A stretch of DNA of 62,377 nt, filler included. It is 5 parts of 5 records of this genome, joined end to end, with 100 filler letters (N's around TTAATTAATTAA, not from the genome) between each part and the next. Parts side by side here need not be neighbours in the genome. Positions count along the whole stretch, not along the records: positions 28,781 to 47,089 come from DRR723986_13599; 4 more parts are not named here. One strand, given 5' to 3'. The translations under genes and the position numbers were made by a program. This document shows positions 30,122 to 39,428 of the stretch, in pieces. The notes beneath the pieces are model-generated. The model ran no database searches and was not told where the DNA came from. It worked only from the letters and a program-made list of their open reading frames with translations. Each line of letters starts with the position of its first letter. Within the stretch, counting starts at the first letter, position 1.

Positions 30122-30197
30122 CGTCTGCGATACAATCGCTGGACGGCCTGCGGACAAGGTTGCAAATAAAAATTGTCTAATTTTATACGAACGTTAT
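30122..30197 (+). repeat. GC-rich hairpin plus conserved promoter-like tail (copy 2)
   Basis: Hairpin CGTCT-GCGAT-ACA-ATCGC-T-GGACG, then TAAAAATTGTCTAATTTTATACGAACGTTAT (30167-30197). Confidence 0.55.
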
Positions 30198-30211
30198 TAC
30201 CCATTAACCAT

Positions 30212-30742
30212 ATGAAAGAAAGGCTTTTAAACTTTGCAAGTTATATTTTTATAGGACTGACTATATTAGGTTACACAATGTTTCGAGCAGGTTTAGAAAG
30301 TGAAAACTGGCTATTTTTCTTGATAGGTGTCGTCTTATTGGCGTTTGGAGGAATCTTACTTTTAATAAAAATTATTGCTAACCGGAGGGCGATCAAGTTG
30401 GCCACTACTGAATTAAAAAATGCCCGAGAAAATTTCAAGAATGATTCGAATAAGTTTTTAATTAACCTAAATGAAATTAAGATTCGAACTCCTCTTAGAT
30501 CTGAGGTGATCGGAAATGACGAATACACTTATTTAGAATCTAATGGTTTAGAAAGCTCCGAAAACTTAAATGCCTACATATTAGAATTCAAGTTAGATGA
30601 ACAGGTCATTGAGTACCCAATAAAAACAAGACGAGATTCGGCAACTTTAACCATGCTCTTTTCAAATCAGAAAGAAACAACACTACATGTAGGAAAAACA
30701 GTAAGTAGCATAAGATATTTGGATTTAGAGTTTTTGGATTAA
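30212..30742 (+). CDS. Hypothetical 2-TM protein
   Basis: ATG at 30212; two TM helices; ends RYLDLEFLD. Confidence 0.75.
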   Translation: MKERLLNFASYIFIGLTILGYTMFRAGLESENWLFFLIGVVLLAFGGILLLIKIIANRRAIKLATTELKNARENFKNDSNKFLINLNEIKIRTPLRSEVIGNDEYTYLESNGLESSENLNAYILEFKLDEQVIEYPIKTRRDSATLTMLFSNQKETTLHVGKTVSSIRYLDLEFLD

Positions 30743-30833
30743 ATATCGAGTGCTATTATATTAAGAAATCATTTCTTAGGAATTATGATAGAACGCAACT
30801 ATCTGAATAATATATTATTAACACTTAAATCAA

Positions 30834-31460
30834 TTGAATAAAAGTAAAGGATATATAGAAGACAGAACTTCAGAACAAATTGAGTTATTCAATGGGTTTC
30901 TCCATGCATTATCCTCAAAATATAAGGTTTCGAAAAGCAAATTCACGTCAATTAAAAATTTTCATCTTTTTAAAAGTAAAAATGATCCGAAAATTGTAGA
31001 TGGATACACCATTGTTTCTAATGATAATAGCACAATTGACATAGTTTTAGTTGAATATGATTTCACTTTTGATACTGCAACTGAGTATGGCCCACACAGA
31101 ATAACTGACAGAAGTTATTACCTATTTAGCCGAATTAATCTTAAAAGAAACTTTGGATATGCGTTGATAAGACCTGAGACAATCAAAGACAAAATAACGG
31201 AGTATTTTATTAAGTCAGAACTTGACTTTAAAACTCACAAAAAATTTAGCTTTAAATATTATGTGTTAGCCGAGGATAAAAAATCATTTGAATCATTAAT
31301 ACCGAAGAAGTTGTTAAGCTATCTATCTCCTACTAGTGGAATTTCTTTAGAGTTTCGAAATACCAATTGTCTGTTAAGATTAAAAAAATCATTTTCTATT
31401 AAGCAAGGAGAGGAACTTGTTGAACTAAGTTTCGATATTTCGGAAATATTAAATGAATAA
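30834..31460 (+). CDS. Hypothetical protein
   Basis: 208-aa ORF in AT-rich DNA; start uncertain (TTG). Confidence 0.7.
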   Translation: MNKSKGYIEDRTSEQIELFNGFLHALSSKYKVSKSKFTSIKNFHLFKSKNDPKIVDGYTIVSNDNSTIDIVLVEYDFTFDTATEYGPHRITDRSYYLFSRINLKRNFGYALIRPETIKDKITEYFIKSELDFKTHKKFSFKYYVLAEDKKSFESLIPKKLLSYLSPTSGISLEFRNTNCLLRLKKSFSIKQGEELVELSFDISEILNE

Positions 31461-31474
31461 CTCGTTTTCATAAC

Positions 31475-31972
31475 ATGCCAAAATTCTACACTAAACAACA
31501 GGTCACTTTTGAGTTCTTCTACGTTGGGGCATTTGTATTAATAATTGGACTTGGAATACTGTTCTACTCATTGGTTTATGGGATAATGGTCATAACACTC
31601 GGGCTATTCGTATTGTTATCTATTAGAGGATTTATAATTGATAATAGCAATAAAAGAATCAAAACCTACCATAACATGCTTTTCTTTAAACTAGGCTCTT
31701 GGACTCCAATATCTGTATACACGCATGTGGTAATAGGCCCCAATAGCAGCAGTCAGTCGATTGGAAGGTTAAGTACAACTTTTCGAACTAATTCGTATTC
31801 TGTTTCTTTATTGGACAAGAAAGGAAAAACAATAGAACTTCAAGAGTTTACGGATTACGCAAAGGCCCTTTCCTACTTTGATTTAATATCTAAAGAAAGT
31901 GGATTGCCTAAAATCAACAAACAAGAAATAATTAAGGAAAAAGCTGCGGCGAGGAGGCGGTTTAGGAAGTAA
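31475..31972 (+). CDS. Hypothetical 2-TM protein
   Basis: 165-aa ORF with an N-terminal TM hairpin. Confidence 0.75.
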   Translation: MPKFYTKQQVTFEFFYVGAFVLIIGLGILFYSLVYGIMVITLGLFVLLSIRGFIIDNSNKRIKTYHNMLFFKLGSWTPISVYTHVVIGPNSSSQSIGRLSTTFRTNSYSVSLLDKKGKTIELQEFTDYAKALSYFDLISKESGLPKINKQEIIKEKAAARRRFRK

Positions 31973-32026
31973 GGAATTCTAAAATGTCTATATTTATTAA
32001 AACCTTAGGTTTCATAGGCACCTGTA

Positions 32027-32551
32027 ATGATTGAGACACTTGAAATTATCGAACAACCAATTTCTGGTGAATTTGAAGAACTAATTTTCAATAATGAAAG
32101 TTCGTGGAATTCGGATTTTTGGACATGGGTTGAATTCACAAATTCTGATGGCAAAATTTGGTGTGGTCAATTTAGAGGAAAACCAAAAAATGTTGCGATT
32201 TCCAAGCATCACGGAATAGCTCTCGTGCTAACTTCTAATTGTCTCTACCAATTAAACATCCATACAGAAACTGTTGAAAAACAAGAGGATACCCCTATTT
32301 ACACAAAATTAACGGTGAGTCCTAAAGGAAACTTCATTTTAGCAGATAATTATCAAATTCATAAAATAGAGTCAAACATCAGCTCAGTCCAAATTATTGA
32401 AAGTCCAATCAAAATGGATTTCATTGAATTTATAAAATGGAATGATAAAAAACTGGAATTTAAATGTGACGAATTTCTCAATTGGGAACGACATTTAGAG
32501 ATGGAGTTCGACAGTGAGTCAGAAACAATCAGAGTAAAAAAGGAAATATAG
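32027..32551 (+). CDS. Hypothetical soluble protein
   Basis: 174-aa ORF, WCGQFRG motif. Confidence 0.75.
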   Translation: MIETLEIIEQPISGEFEELIFNNESSWNSDFWTWVEFTNSDGKIWCGQFRGKPKNVAISKHHGIALVLTSNCLYQLNIHTETVEKQEDTPIYTKLTVSPKGNFILADNYQIHKIESNISSVQIIESPIKMDFIEFIKWNDKKLEFKCDEFLNWERHLEMEFDSESETIRVKKEI

Positions 32552-32569
32552 AATCGTAAACCCCACCCC

Positions 32570-33109
32570 ATGCAAGACTACACTGATTTTGCCGAAAAAA
32601 ACGGCGTCATTTTAAAGGACACAGGTCCTTGTCAATTTTGTGCTGCGCAGACATCAAGGGGTATTCATGAATGCCTTGAAATCTTCAATTTTGGCTTTTC
32701 TAGTGTGGATTATAACAGCCCTGAAAATCTTCAATATAAATTCTTTGTAGTTGATACGCATACGCTGCAGCATCCAGAAATTCACGGCCCTTGGAATAAC
32801 CATTTTCATTTGACGCGTTTAACCTTGACATTGAAAAAAAACATTCAATGGACCTATCAAGACTCTCCAAGGCTCAGTGACATTTTGAAAGCTTATAAAC
32901 AAAGTCATCCTCATGAAGTGCTCAGTCCACCAGCAATTGGTGCAAGAGGTGGTGTTACAACTAGTGATGTACTTGCTGTGCAAGATGACTCTGAAGCCTG
33001 TAAAAAGAAGATTGTAAATTGGGCTGAAACAGTTTACGAATCTTGGCGGGTACATCATCAGACGGTGGATGTGATTGCGGAGCTATTTTTGAAGGGAGTC
33101 AGGAAATGA
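32570..33109 (+). CDS. DUF5946-like protein
   Basis: CxxCxA, VDTHTLQHP, HLTRL and WAETVYESW pattern. Confidence 0.7.
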   Translation: MQDYTDFAEKNGVILKDTGPCQFCAAQTSRGIHECLEIFNFGFSSVDYNSPENLQYKFFVVDTHTLQHPEIHGPWNNHFHLTRLTLTLKKNIQWTYQDSPRLSDILKAYKQSHPHEVLSPPAIGARGGVTTSDVLAVQDDSEACKKKIVNWAETVYESWRVHHQTVDVIAELFLKGVRK

Positions 33110-33185
33110 GGAATTATGGCAAAGTTATCAGCCTTGCCTCTATCTGAAAATTGTATTAAATTAAACGTTTATTATAAATCTTTTC

Positions 33186-33208
33186 AACCATAACGTTCCA
33201 AATTGCGT
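33186..33208 (+). promoter_or_regulatory. Putative ECF-sigma promoter (AAC-N17-CGT)
   Basis: AAC CATAACGTTCCAAATTG CGT about 20 bp before the lipoprotein start. Confidence 0.4.
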
Positions 33209-33227
33209 AAACTATTAAAAACCCAAA

Positions 33228-34364
33228 GTGATCAATCGAATTCTATTACTTTTCCCTCTATTTTTGATGCTTTCTTGTAAGAAAGAAGATAAAACTGACC
33301 CAAACGATAACCCTAATGACTTTTCTGGGGGTGGAATTGTTTATTTTTCAGGTAAAGTCATTAATGGTACGACAATGCAACCAATGGAAGGTGAGACTGT
33401 CAGAATATATCCAACGAGCCCTTTATCTTTGCCAGTAACCAGTAATACTGAAGGGATTTACTTAACCAGTTACGCATACTCAGGTACAAATGTCTCAATT
33501 AATGATACCTATCCGGGAAATATTGAAATTTATGTCTTGACAGACTCAACCTGGGGTTCGGCATTTACCTCTGATGATCCTTTTCCTAAAAACGGAGATA
33601 CCATATTTACTGATATCTTGGTTTATCCTGAAGCTGAAATTGTACATGATCTAGAAATCTCCTTGAATCCTTCAACAATTAACACATGGTCTACCAACTC
33701 AACACTTACGGTCAACGGATCAATTTCAAGTGGTGGTGTCACAATTCCTGTAAATAGTTATTCTTTTAATGGAGAAGACCGATTTGGAAATACTTATGGA
33801 CTGCCAGGACCTTCAACACTTTGGACAACAAATGTTTCTGGAATTCACGATATCCATCTTCGTGCTGACTTCAAAGTTAGAGAAGGCATAACAGGTCCTA
33901 AGACAATTGTAATTGACACTTTGTTTTATGTAACACAAATGTATCCATGGGTTTATGGCCTCAGTTCTTCAGAGCACAAAATTTTAAGGGATAAATTTGT
34001 CGGTAATTGGGACGCAAATTGTATTTCAACTTGGGGAAGTGAATGGAACGCTACTTTCGCTTTTGATTCAGTTCTTCATTACACAGGAGAAGTTACAGAA
34101 CAAATCGCAGGTTTAACCCCTGTTTCTTCTGTTTTTGATTACGGACATGATTATATTAACTTTCCAGAACGAAGATTTTTCATTGATTCAATGGATGCTG
34201 GTGGAGATGCTTTTGGCTACGCAAGTGTTGGCAAAGAAGGTAATTCAACCGTGAAGAATTGGAATTTTGGTAATTTGTACTTTACGAATAATGATGATTC
34301 CCTTTATTTCACAATTTTTAGGTCTAGCAATACCTATATTAATTACGCTCTTAAGAGAAACTGA
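33228..34364 (+). CDS. Surface lipoprotein with Ig/carboxypeptidase-regulatory-like N-terminal domain
   Basis: LMLS-CKKED Bacteroidota lipoprotein signal; SGKVING...PMEG. Confidence 0.75.
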   Translation: MINRILLLFPLFLMLSCKKEDKTDPNDNPNDFSGGGIVYFSGKVINGTTMQPMEGETVRIYPTSPLSLPVTSNTEGIYLTSYAYSGTNVSINDTYPGNIEIYVLTDSTWGSAFTSDDPFPKNGDTIFTDILVYPEAEIVHDLEISLNPSTINTWSTNSTLTVNGSISSGGVTIPVNSYSFNGEDRFGNTYGLPGPSTLWTTNVSGIHDIHLRADFKVREGITGPKTIVIDTLFYVTQMYPWVYGLSSSEHKILRDKFVGNWDANCISTWGSEWNATFAFDSVLHYTGEVTEQIAGLTPVSSVFDYGHDYINFPERRFFIDSMDAGGDAFGYASVGKEGNSTVKNWNFGNLYFTNNDDSLYFTIFRSSNTYINYALKRN

Positions 34365-34459
34365 TTTTAAATTGAAATAAATCCGTTTATAGTTCATAAA
34401 GAACTGGTATACCCTCAGGGGAAAATAAAATTCCTATCTTTCATCAAACCCAAAAATCA

Positions 34460-35149
34460 ATGAGAATTCTATTTCTAACCTTCTTCTTGTCGTGTTTTTC
34501 ATTCTGCTTTAGCCAAGATGAAGCCAAAGGCCTTTCAATTGGAGTATCACTCTACCCTAATATCTCGAATGGATTCGCCGACAAAAATGACACTGATTCA
34601 GAATACTATGTCGGCCTTGAATCAATCAAGTTTTCTTACTCTGCGGGCATCTCATTGGTTTATCAATTTGAGAATCAACTCGGAATTTCGAGTGGTATCA
34701 ATTTCATGGAAACTGGTGACAAAAGCTTAAACTATGAACCAGATGCAATGCGAGGCTTTCTTTATGAGAGACATTATCATTTCAAAGAACTATTTATCGA
34801 GCTGCCGATTAATGTTTCTAAAACTTTTGGTGAGCATTGGCAGATTAAAGCTGGGTCAAGTTTGCTCTTCAATTTAATGCATAAAAGGCGAATTGATATT
34901 CCAGCAGCCGAAGGGAGTTACAATTATGCTCCTGATGCAATTGAAAATTCTAAATTCGGTGTTACATGCAACCTAGGATTTGCATACTTGATTAATATTT
35001 CAGAATCTCAAAAGATAGAAGTTGGGCCTTTTGCTCAATATAATTTCATTAGTCCATTTGAATCTCATTGGTATATTGATCATTATCCAGCGAGAAGCAT
35101 TGGTTCTGTTGGTCTTCAGGTTAATTGGTTATTTGGGATGAAAAGATAA
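34460..35149 (+). CDS. Outer-membrane beta-barrel protein (PorT-like)
   Basis: Signal peptide, alternating beta strands, FIELPI, terminal GLQVNWLF. Confidence 0.75.
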   Translation: MRILFLTFFLSCFSFCFSQDEAKGLSIGVSLYPNISNGFADKNDTDSEYYVGLESIKFSYSAGISLVYQFENQLGISSGINFMETGDKSLNYEPDAMRGFLYERHYHFKELFIELPINVSKTFGEHWQIKAGSSLLFNLMHKRRIDIPAAEGSYNYAPDAIENSKFGVTCNLGFAYLINISESQKIEVGPFAQYNFISPFESHWYIDHYPARSIGSVGLQVNWLFGMKR

Positions 35150-35157
35150 AGTGTAGC

Positions 35158-35757
35158 ATGTCTAAGCAATTTCTTCGAGCAGCACAAACAATAATTTTCA
35201 TCAATCTAATTTCTCAGATGTTTTGGGTAGCTCATTTAAACTTCCCGAAAGCAATTAGACTTAATTTCGAACAACTGGAAATAGTTTTGGCCACCATTAT
35301 GATAGTGTATCTATTGTCGGGGATATTTGTTGGTATTTACTTTTATTTATCACGTTTTAAATTTTCTTTCATCTGTCTTATCCTAAATAGCTTGTCATAC
35401 CTTGTATTACTTACTATCTGGTATCAAGTCATTCAATTTAAATTTACAATTGAATCCTACTCGATATTTTACCTCGCCCACTTAGCCGTCTCATCTCTTT
35501 TTGGGATTTCTTTAATCGTCAGTAATTCACGCCATAAACCATGGTTAAATAGATTAGGAATACTCATAGTAATACTTTGCTTAATTAACTTTATATATCA
35601 TATTTATCCTGAGTTTAATAAATCTCCGTTTTTAAAAAACTCCAGAGTTATTCTAGGGTTTTTAGGGGGATTAATTTCGGTGTTCTGGATATTAAACTTT
35701 CAAAACGAAATAGATTCTCAACCCTTAAAAAATGATTCATTAGTTGATTCACCGTAA
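35158..35757 (+). CDS. Hypothetical multi-TM membrane protein
   Basis: About six hydrophobic segments. Confidence 0.7.
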   Translation: MSKQFLRAAQTIIFINLISQMFWVAHLNFPKAIRLNFEQLEIVLATIMIVYLLSGIFVGIYFYLSRFKFSFICLILNSLSYLVLLTIWYQVIQFKFTIESYSIFYLAHLAVSSLFGISLIVSNSRHKPWLNRLGILIVILCLINFIYHIYPEFNKSPFLKNSRVILGFLGGLISVFWILNFQNEIDSQPLKNDSLVDSP

Positions 35758-35838
35758 TACCTAGAAAAATTCTAATATAAATCCCCATTCCATAAAATAT
35801 CCTATCTTACTAAACGTCTTATAAATTAAAAACAAACT

Positions 35839-36168
35839 ATGACTATACAATTCAATACCGACAAAACAATTAGCGGCGAACAACGACAAGAAGAATACTT
35901 TAAATCACAAATAGCGCTAGGCTTAGAACGTTATAATGATCACATTACACGAATTGAAGTTTATTTGAAAGATGAAAATGGTAAAAAAGAAGGATTCAAC
36001 GATATTTCGTGCCTTTTAGAAGCGCGAATGGAAGGCAAGAAACCAATTGCAGTCAACAGCAAAGGTGACAATGTAGAAAAAGCCATTTCAAGTGCTATCG
36101 AAAAAATGTCTAATGCATTGTATAAGATCGTAGACAAAATGCAAGATAAGGCGCGTTCAGTGTCGTAG
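35839..36168 (+). CDS. HPF/RaiA-family ribosome-associated protein
   Basis: MTIQFNTD, ITRIEVYLKDENG, CLLEAR. Confidence 0.85.
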   Translation: MTIQFNTDKTISGEQRQEEYFKSQIALGLERYNDHITRIEVYLKDENGKKEGFNDISCLLEARMEGKKPIAVNSKGDNVEKAISSAIEKMSNALYKIVDKMQDKARSVS

Positions 36169-36183
36169 GTAGATTTTATTGAA

Positions 36184-36732
36184 ATGAGAGTTGCCTTTCT
36201 ACTTCCTATATTGCTCGTGGCATGCAAGAGCTCGAATGAAAATGGGGCGTTAATTGAGGAAGGGACTGCAACGGAACTTTCATTTTCAGATTTTGTGTCT
36301 GAAATTCCAGCATATGAATTTCCAGTGAAAATGACCTGTGAATTTGATTTACCGGCATTGAACATGGATTTTTCAGAATATGTCGAATATTTCCCAAATG
36401 GAGGTCGAGTAGTTTCAAAACTCAATACAGACGGAGAATACAACTTGATTATATTTGATTTTGCTTGCGACTACTCCTGCCCTACTTTGTACTCTTTTGA
36501 TGCCAAAGGAAATCGAGTAGACTCATTAAGTTTAACTCCAGGTCAGTGCGGTGAAGATCAGTTTATGACAAGTAGGCAATGGTTCTTAATTGATGAAAAC
36601 ATCAACATTGATTTGATTGATACTACACGTTATTATACGGATACAATTGGCATACAAAGGCTAGATTCTACTGTAGTTAGAAATCAAAAATTTGAGTTCA
36701 ATAAAACTGGTAAATTTGATTTAAAGTACTAA
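36184..36732 (+). CDS. Hypothetical lipoprotein
   Basis: LLVA-CKS lipobox. Confidence 0.75.
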   Translation: MRVAFLLPILLVACKSSNENGALIEEGTATELSFSDFVSEIPAYEFPVKMTCEFDLPALNMDFSEYVEYFPNGGRVVSKLNTDGEYNLIIFDFACDYSCPTLYSFDAKGNRVDSLSLTPGQCGEDQFMTSRQWFLIDENINIDLIDTTRYYTDTIGIQRLDSTVVRNQKFEFNKTGKFDLKY

Positions 36733-36740
36733 TCGTCCAA

Positions 36741-37316
36741 ATGAATCAACACCAAGAATTCTGTCCTAAATCTCAAGCTGACTGGAGAAAATGGCTCAAA
36801 AAACATCATCAAAGTGAAGATGCGGTTTGGCTAATATTTTATAAGAAAAAATCTCCCCAATTCAATTTAAGTTGGAGTGATGCCGTAGATGAAGCACTTT
36901 GCTATGGCTGGATAGACAGCACCAAGCGATCAATTGATGATGAAAAATACAAACAGTATTTCACCAAGCGAAAAGCAAAAAGCAATTGGTCAAAAATAAA
37001 CAAGGACAAGATTAAAGCACTCATTGACAATAACTTGATAGCTGAAGCTGGCCTTAAAAGCATTGAAATAGCTAAAGAAAATGGATCTTGGACGGTACTA
37101 GATGATATCGAAAATCTTGTTCTACCTAAAGATTTAAAAAAGGCTTTAGACAACATTGAAGGTGCATTGGCATTTTACGAAGGCTTAAGCAATTCTTTCA
37201 AAAAACAATTTCTGTATTGGGTGAATTCTGCCAAAAGACCAGCTACCCGAGACAAAAGAATTCAAGAAATAGCAAAAAATGCCGGCAAGGGATTGAAGCC
37301 TGAGCAGTTGAGGTAA
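36741..37316 (+). CDS. YdeI/OmpD-associated family protein
   Basis: WRKWL, AVDEALCYGWIDS, SNWSKINK, SAKRPATR. Confidence 0.9.
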   Translation: MNQHQEFCPKSQADWRKWLKKHHQSEDAVWLIFYKKKSPQFNLSWSDAVDEALCYGWIDSTKRSIDDEKYKQYFTKRKAKSNWSKINKDKIKALIDNNLIAEAGLKSIEIAKENGSWTVLDDIENLVLPKDLKKALDNIEGALAFYEGLSNSFKKQFLYWVNSAKRPATRDKRIQEIAKNAGKGLKPEQLR

Positions 37317-37338
37317 AAGCCGGAAGTCTGTTGCTCGT

Positions 37339-38814
37339 TTAAGCAACATCTTCAAAAGCCCCCTTCAGCTTCTCCACCAATTCCCTCATTTCTTCTTCAT
37401 CATTAGTCGCAAATCCAATTCTAATTGAATTGTGGCCAACTTTGGCTGTATCATATCGTTCAAAATCTCCAATGACTAGACCTTGCGTTAGGGCGGACTC
37501 AGCTACTTGCGCCCAAGAATACTTATCATTCAATTTGACCCAAACCGCCATTCCACCCTTCGGCACTTCAAAAGATAGAAAATCACTCAATTCTCGATTT
37601 AGCAAGTTACAAAAGAGATCGCGCCTGTTTTGATAGACCTTCATTACCTTGCGAATATGGCGGTCAAGGTCGCCGGACTTTATGAAATCAGCAAAAGTCA
37701 ATTCTAGCAAGGCATCTCCTTGACGGTCAACAAATCCTCTCAATTTGGCAGCTTCATCAACAAAGGCTTTGGGAGCAATCATATAGCCAATTCTGAAAAC
37801 GGGCGCCACAGTTTTACATACAGATCCGATATAAATCACATTGCCATTGGTATCGTGGCTCGCCAAAGGCAAAATGGGCGCGTGGTCGTAATTGAAATCG
37901 TAATCGTAATCATCCTCAATTATGGCAAAATTATATGCCCTGGCTAAATTCAATAAATGGATTCTCCGTTCGGCAGAAAGGGTTACTGTTGTTGGATGGT
38001 GATGGTGTGAGGTCACATAAACAGCTTTAATCTGCTTCAACTTGCAAATGCTCTCAATTTCATCTGTTACCAATCCGTTTTCATCCACTGACACGAACTC
38101 AACCCTTGATTTTTGATGAACGAATGTTGCGTTTGCAGAACCGTAATTGGTATTCCCTACCACCACAGTATCACCTTTCTTTATCAACAACTGGGATGCC
38201 AACCAAATTCCCATTTGGCTCCCTCGTGTAATCAATAAGTTATCCTTAGCGATTTGAAGGCCCCTACTTTTATTTAAATAATCCACCAAAACCTCTCGCA
38301 ACTTTTCATTTCCGTAAGTTGAACCATAAGACAAATGCTCGTGGATATTCTTTTTTGCCGCTATCCTTCTGTAGGTCCTCGCTATCTCGTCAAGCGGTGT
38401 CAGACGACCGTCTGAAATGCCATCATTCAAATACATCAAATTGGAGTCCTTTTCAGCAGTCTTGTTATACAATACCTCATTTTGATAAAAGGAAAAACCT
38501 GGGTTTTCGGCGAGTTCAACCGGGTCAATGTCCTCAAAATTTTGCTGTCGTAGAATGGGCAAATTCGGATTGACAAAGGTTCCTTTTTTCGGAATACTTT
38601 CTACCCAACCTTGCAGCAACAACTCTTCATAAGCTGCAACTACGGTTTTTCTGTGAACGGCTAACTGTTCTGCCATAATTCTACTTCCTGGCAGCTTCAC
38701 GTTTGGCTTTAACACTTGTTGCTTTATGAGCTGGATAATTTGATTAGCCAATTGTAAATAAAGGGCTTGGCCGCTTTCTCTATCAAATTCAATACTTGTT
38801 TTATATGGAAACAT
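37339..38814 (-). CDS. MocR/GabR-family PLP-dependent transcriptional regulator
   Basis: wHTH (LPGSRIMA...VHRKTVVAAYEEL), IIEDDYD, YIGSVCK, RIGY. Confidence 0.95.
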   Translation of the reverse strand: MFPYKTSIEFDRESGQALYLQLANQIIQLIKQQVLKPNVKLPGSRIMAEQLAVHRKTVVAAYEELLLQGWVESIPKKGTFVNPNLPILRQQNFEDIDPVELAENPGFSFYQNEVLYNKTAEKDSNLMYLNDGISDGRLTPLDEIARTYRRIAAKKNIHEHLSYGSTYGNEKLREVLVDYLNKSRGLQIAKDNLLITRGSQMGIWLASQLLIKKGDTVVVGNTNYGSANATFVHQKSRVEFVSVDENGLVTDEIESICKLKQIKAVYVTSHHHHPTTVTLSAERRIHLLNLARAYNFAIIEDDYDYDFNYDHAPILPLASHDTNGNVIYIGSVCKTVAPVFRIGYMIAPKAFVDEAAKLRGFVDRQGDALLELTFADFIKSGDLDRHIRKVMKVYQNRRDLFCNLLNRELSDFLSFEVPKGGMAVWVKLNDKYSWAQVAESALTQGLVIGDFERYDTAKVGHNSIRIGFATNDEEEMRELVEKLKGAFEDVA

Positions 38815-38859
38815 CTGGACTACTAATTATATCAATTCTGGACTATTACAATCGTCCAG
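38814..38859. promoter_or_regulatory. MocR operator: two direct repeats plus one inverted repeat
   Basis: TCTGGACTA at 38814 and 38837 (23-bp period); inverted GTCCAG at 38854-38859. Confidence 0.75.
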
Positions 38860-38867
38860 CAATGTAC

Positions 38868-38875
38868 TAAATTTG
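38868..38875 (+). promoter_or_regulatory. Bacteroidota primary-sigma -7 element
   Basis: TAAATTTG matches TAnnTTTG. Confidence 0.7.
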
Positions 38876-38901
38876 AGATGAACAACAATAGAATTGACGA
38901 A

Positions 38902-39192
38902 ATGCTAGAATTAAGACCCAGTTGCGAACATTGCAATATGCCATTGCCTAATACATCTTCAGAAGCCATGATTTGTTCGTTTGAATGTACCTATTGCAAA
39001 ACATGTGCGCTCGAAATTTTCGAAAATGTTTGCCCGAGTTGTTCAGGGAATTTTGTTGAGCGGCCAATTCGTCCAAGAGAGGCCATCCAAAAATATCCAG
39101 CATCATCAACGGTAATATTTAAACCCAAAGATCTGGCAGCAACAAAAGCAAACAGTCTACAGTTCAGATCAATTCTGCCAGAAAAAAGATAA
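38902..39192 (+). CDS. DUF1272 Cys-rich (zinc-ribbon) protein
   Basis: MLELRPSCEHC...ICSFECTYC...CPSCSG...RPIRP. Confidence 0.9.
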   Translation: MLELRPSCEHCNMPLPNTSSEAMICSFECTYCKTCALEIFENVCPSCSGNFVERPIRPREAIQKYPASSTVIFKPKDLAATKANSLQFRSILPEKR

Positions 39193-39194
39193 AC

Positions 39195-39428
39195 ATGAGC
39201 GCGTTGTCAATAGATATTATCGGCTATTGTGGAATTGTGATTAACCTCTACTCTATGTCTTCAAAAGGAGAATACAAGTTGAGAATGATTTCATTCATAG
39301 CCAATATGATTTTTATGATTTACGGATTTCTATTGGCGGCCGCTCCTGTTATTGCTGGTTCTTGCATTGCTTTAATCCTTCATGGTTATCGACTTTCAAA
39401 AATTCGAAAAACGGCATTGCATGATTAA
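39195..39428 (+). CDS. Small 3-TM membrane protein (YgjV-like)
   Basis: DIIGY...KLRMIS...FMIYGFL. Confidence 0.7.
   Translation: MSALSIDIIGYCGIVINLYSMSSKGEYKLRMISFIANMIFMIYGFLLAAAPVIAGSCIALILHGYRLSKIRKTALHD

Noticed and set aside
28854-37316. Classical integron
   Set aside because: No intI and no RYYYAAC...GTTRRRY attC hairpins were seen between successive ORFs; only the two-copy module is reported.
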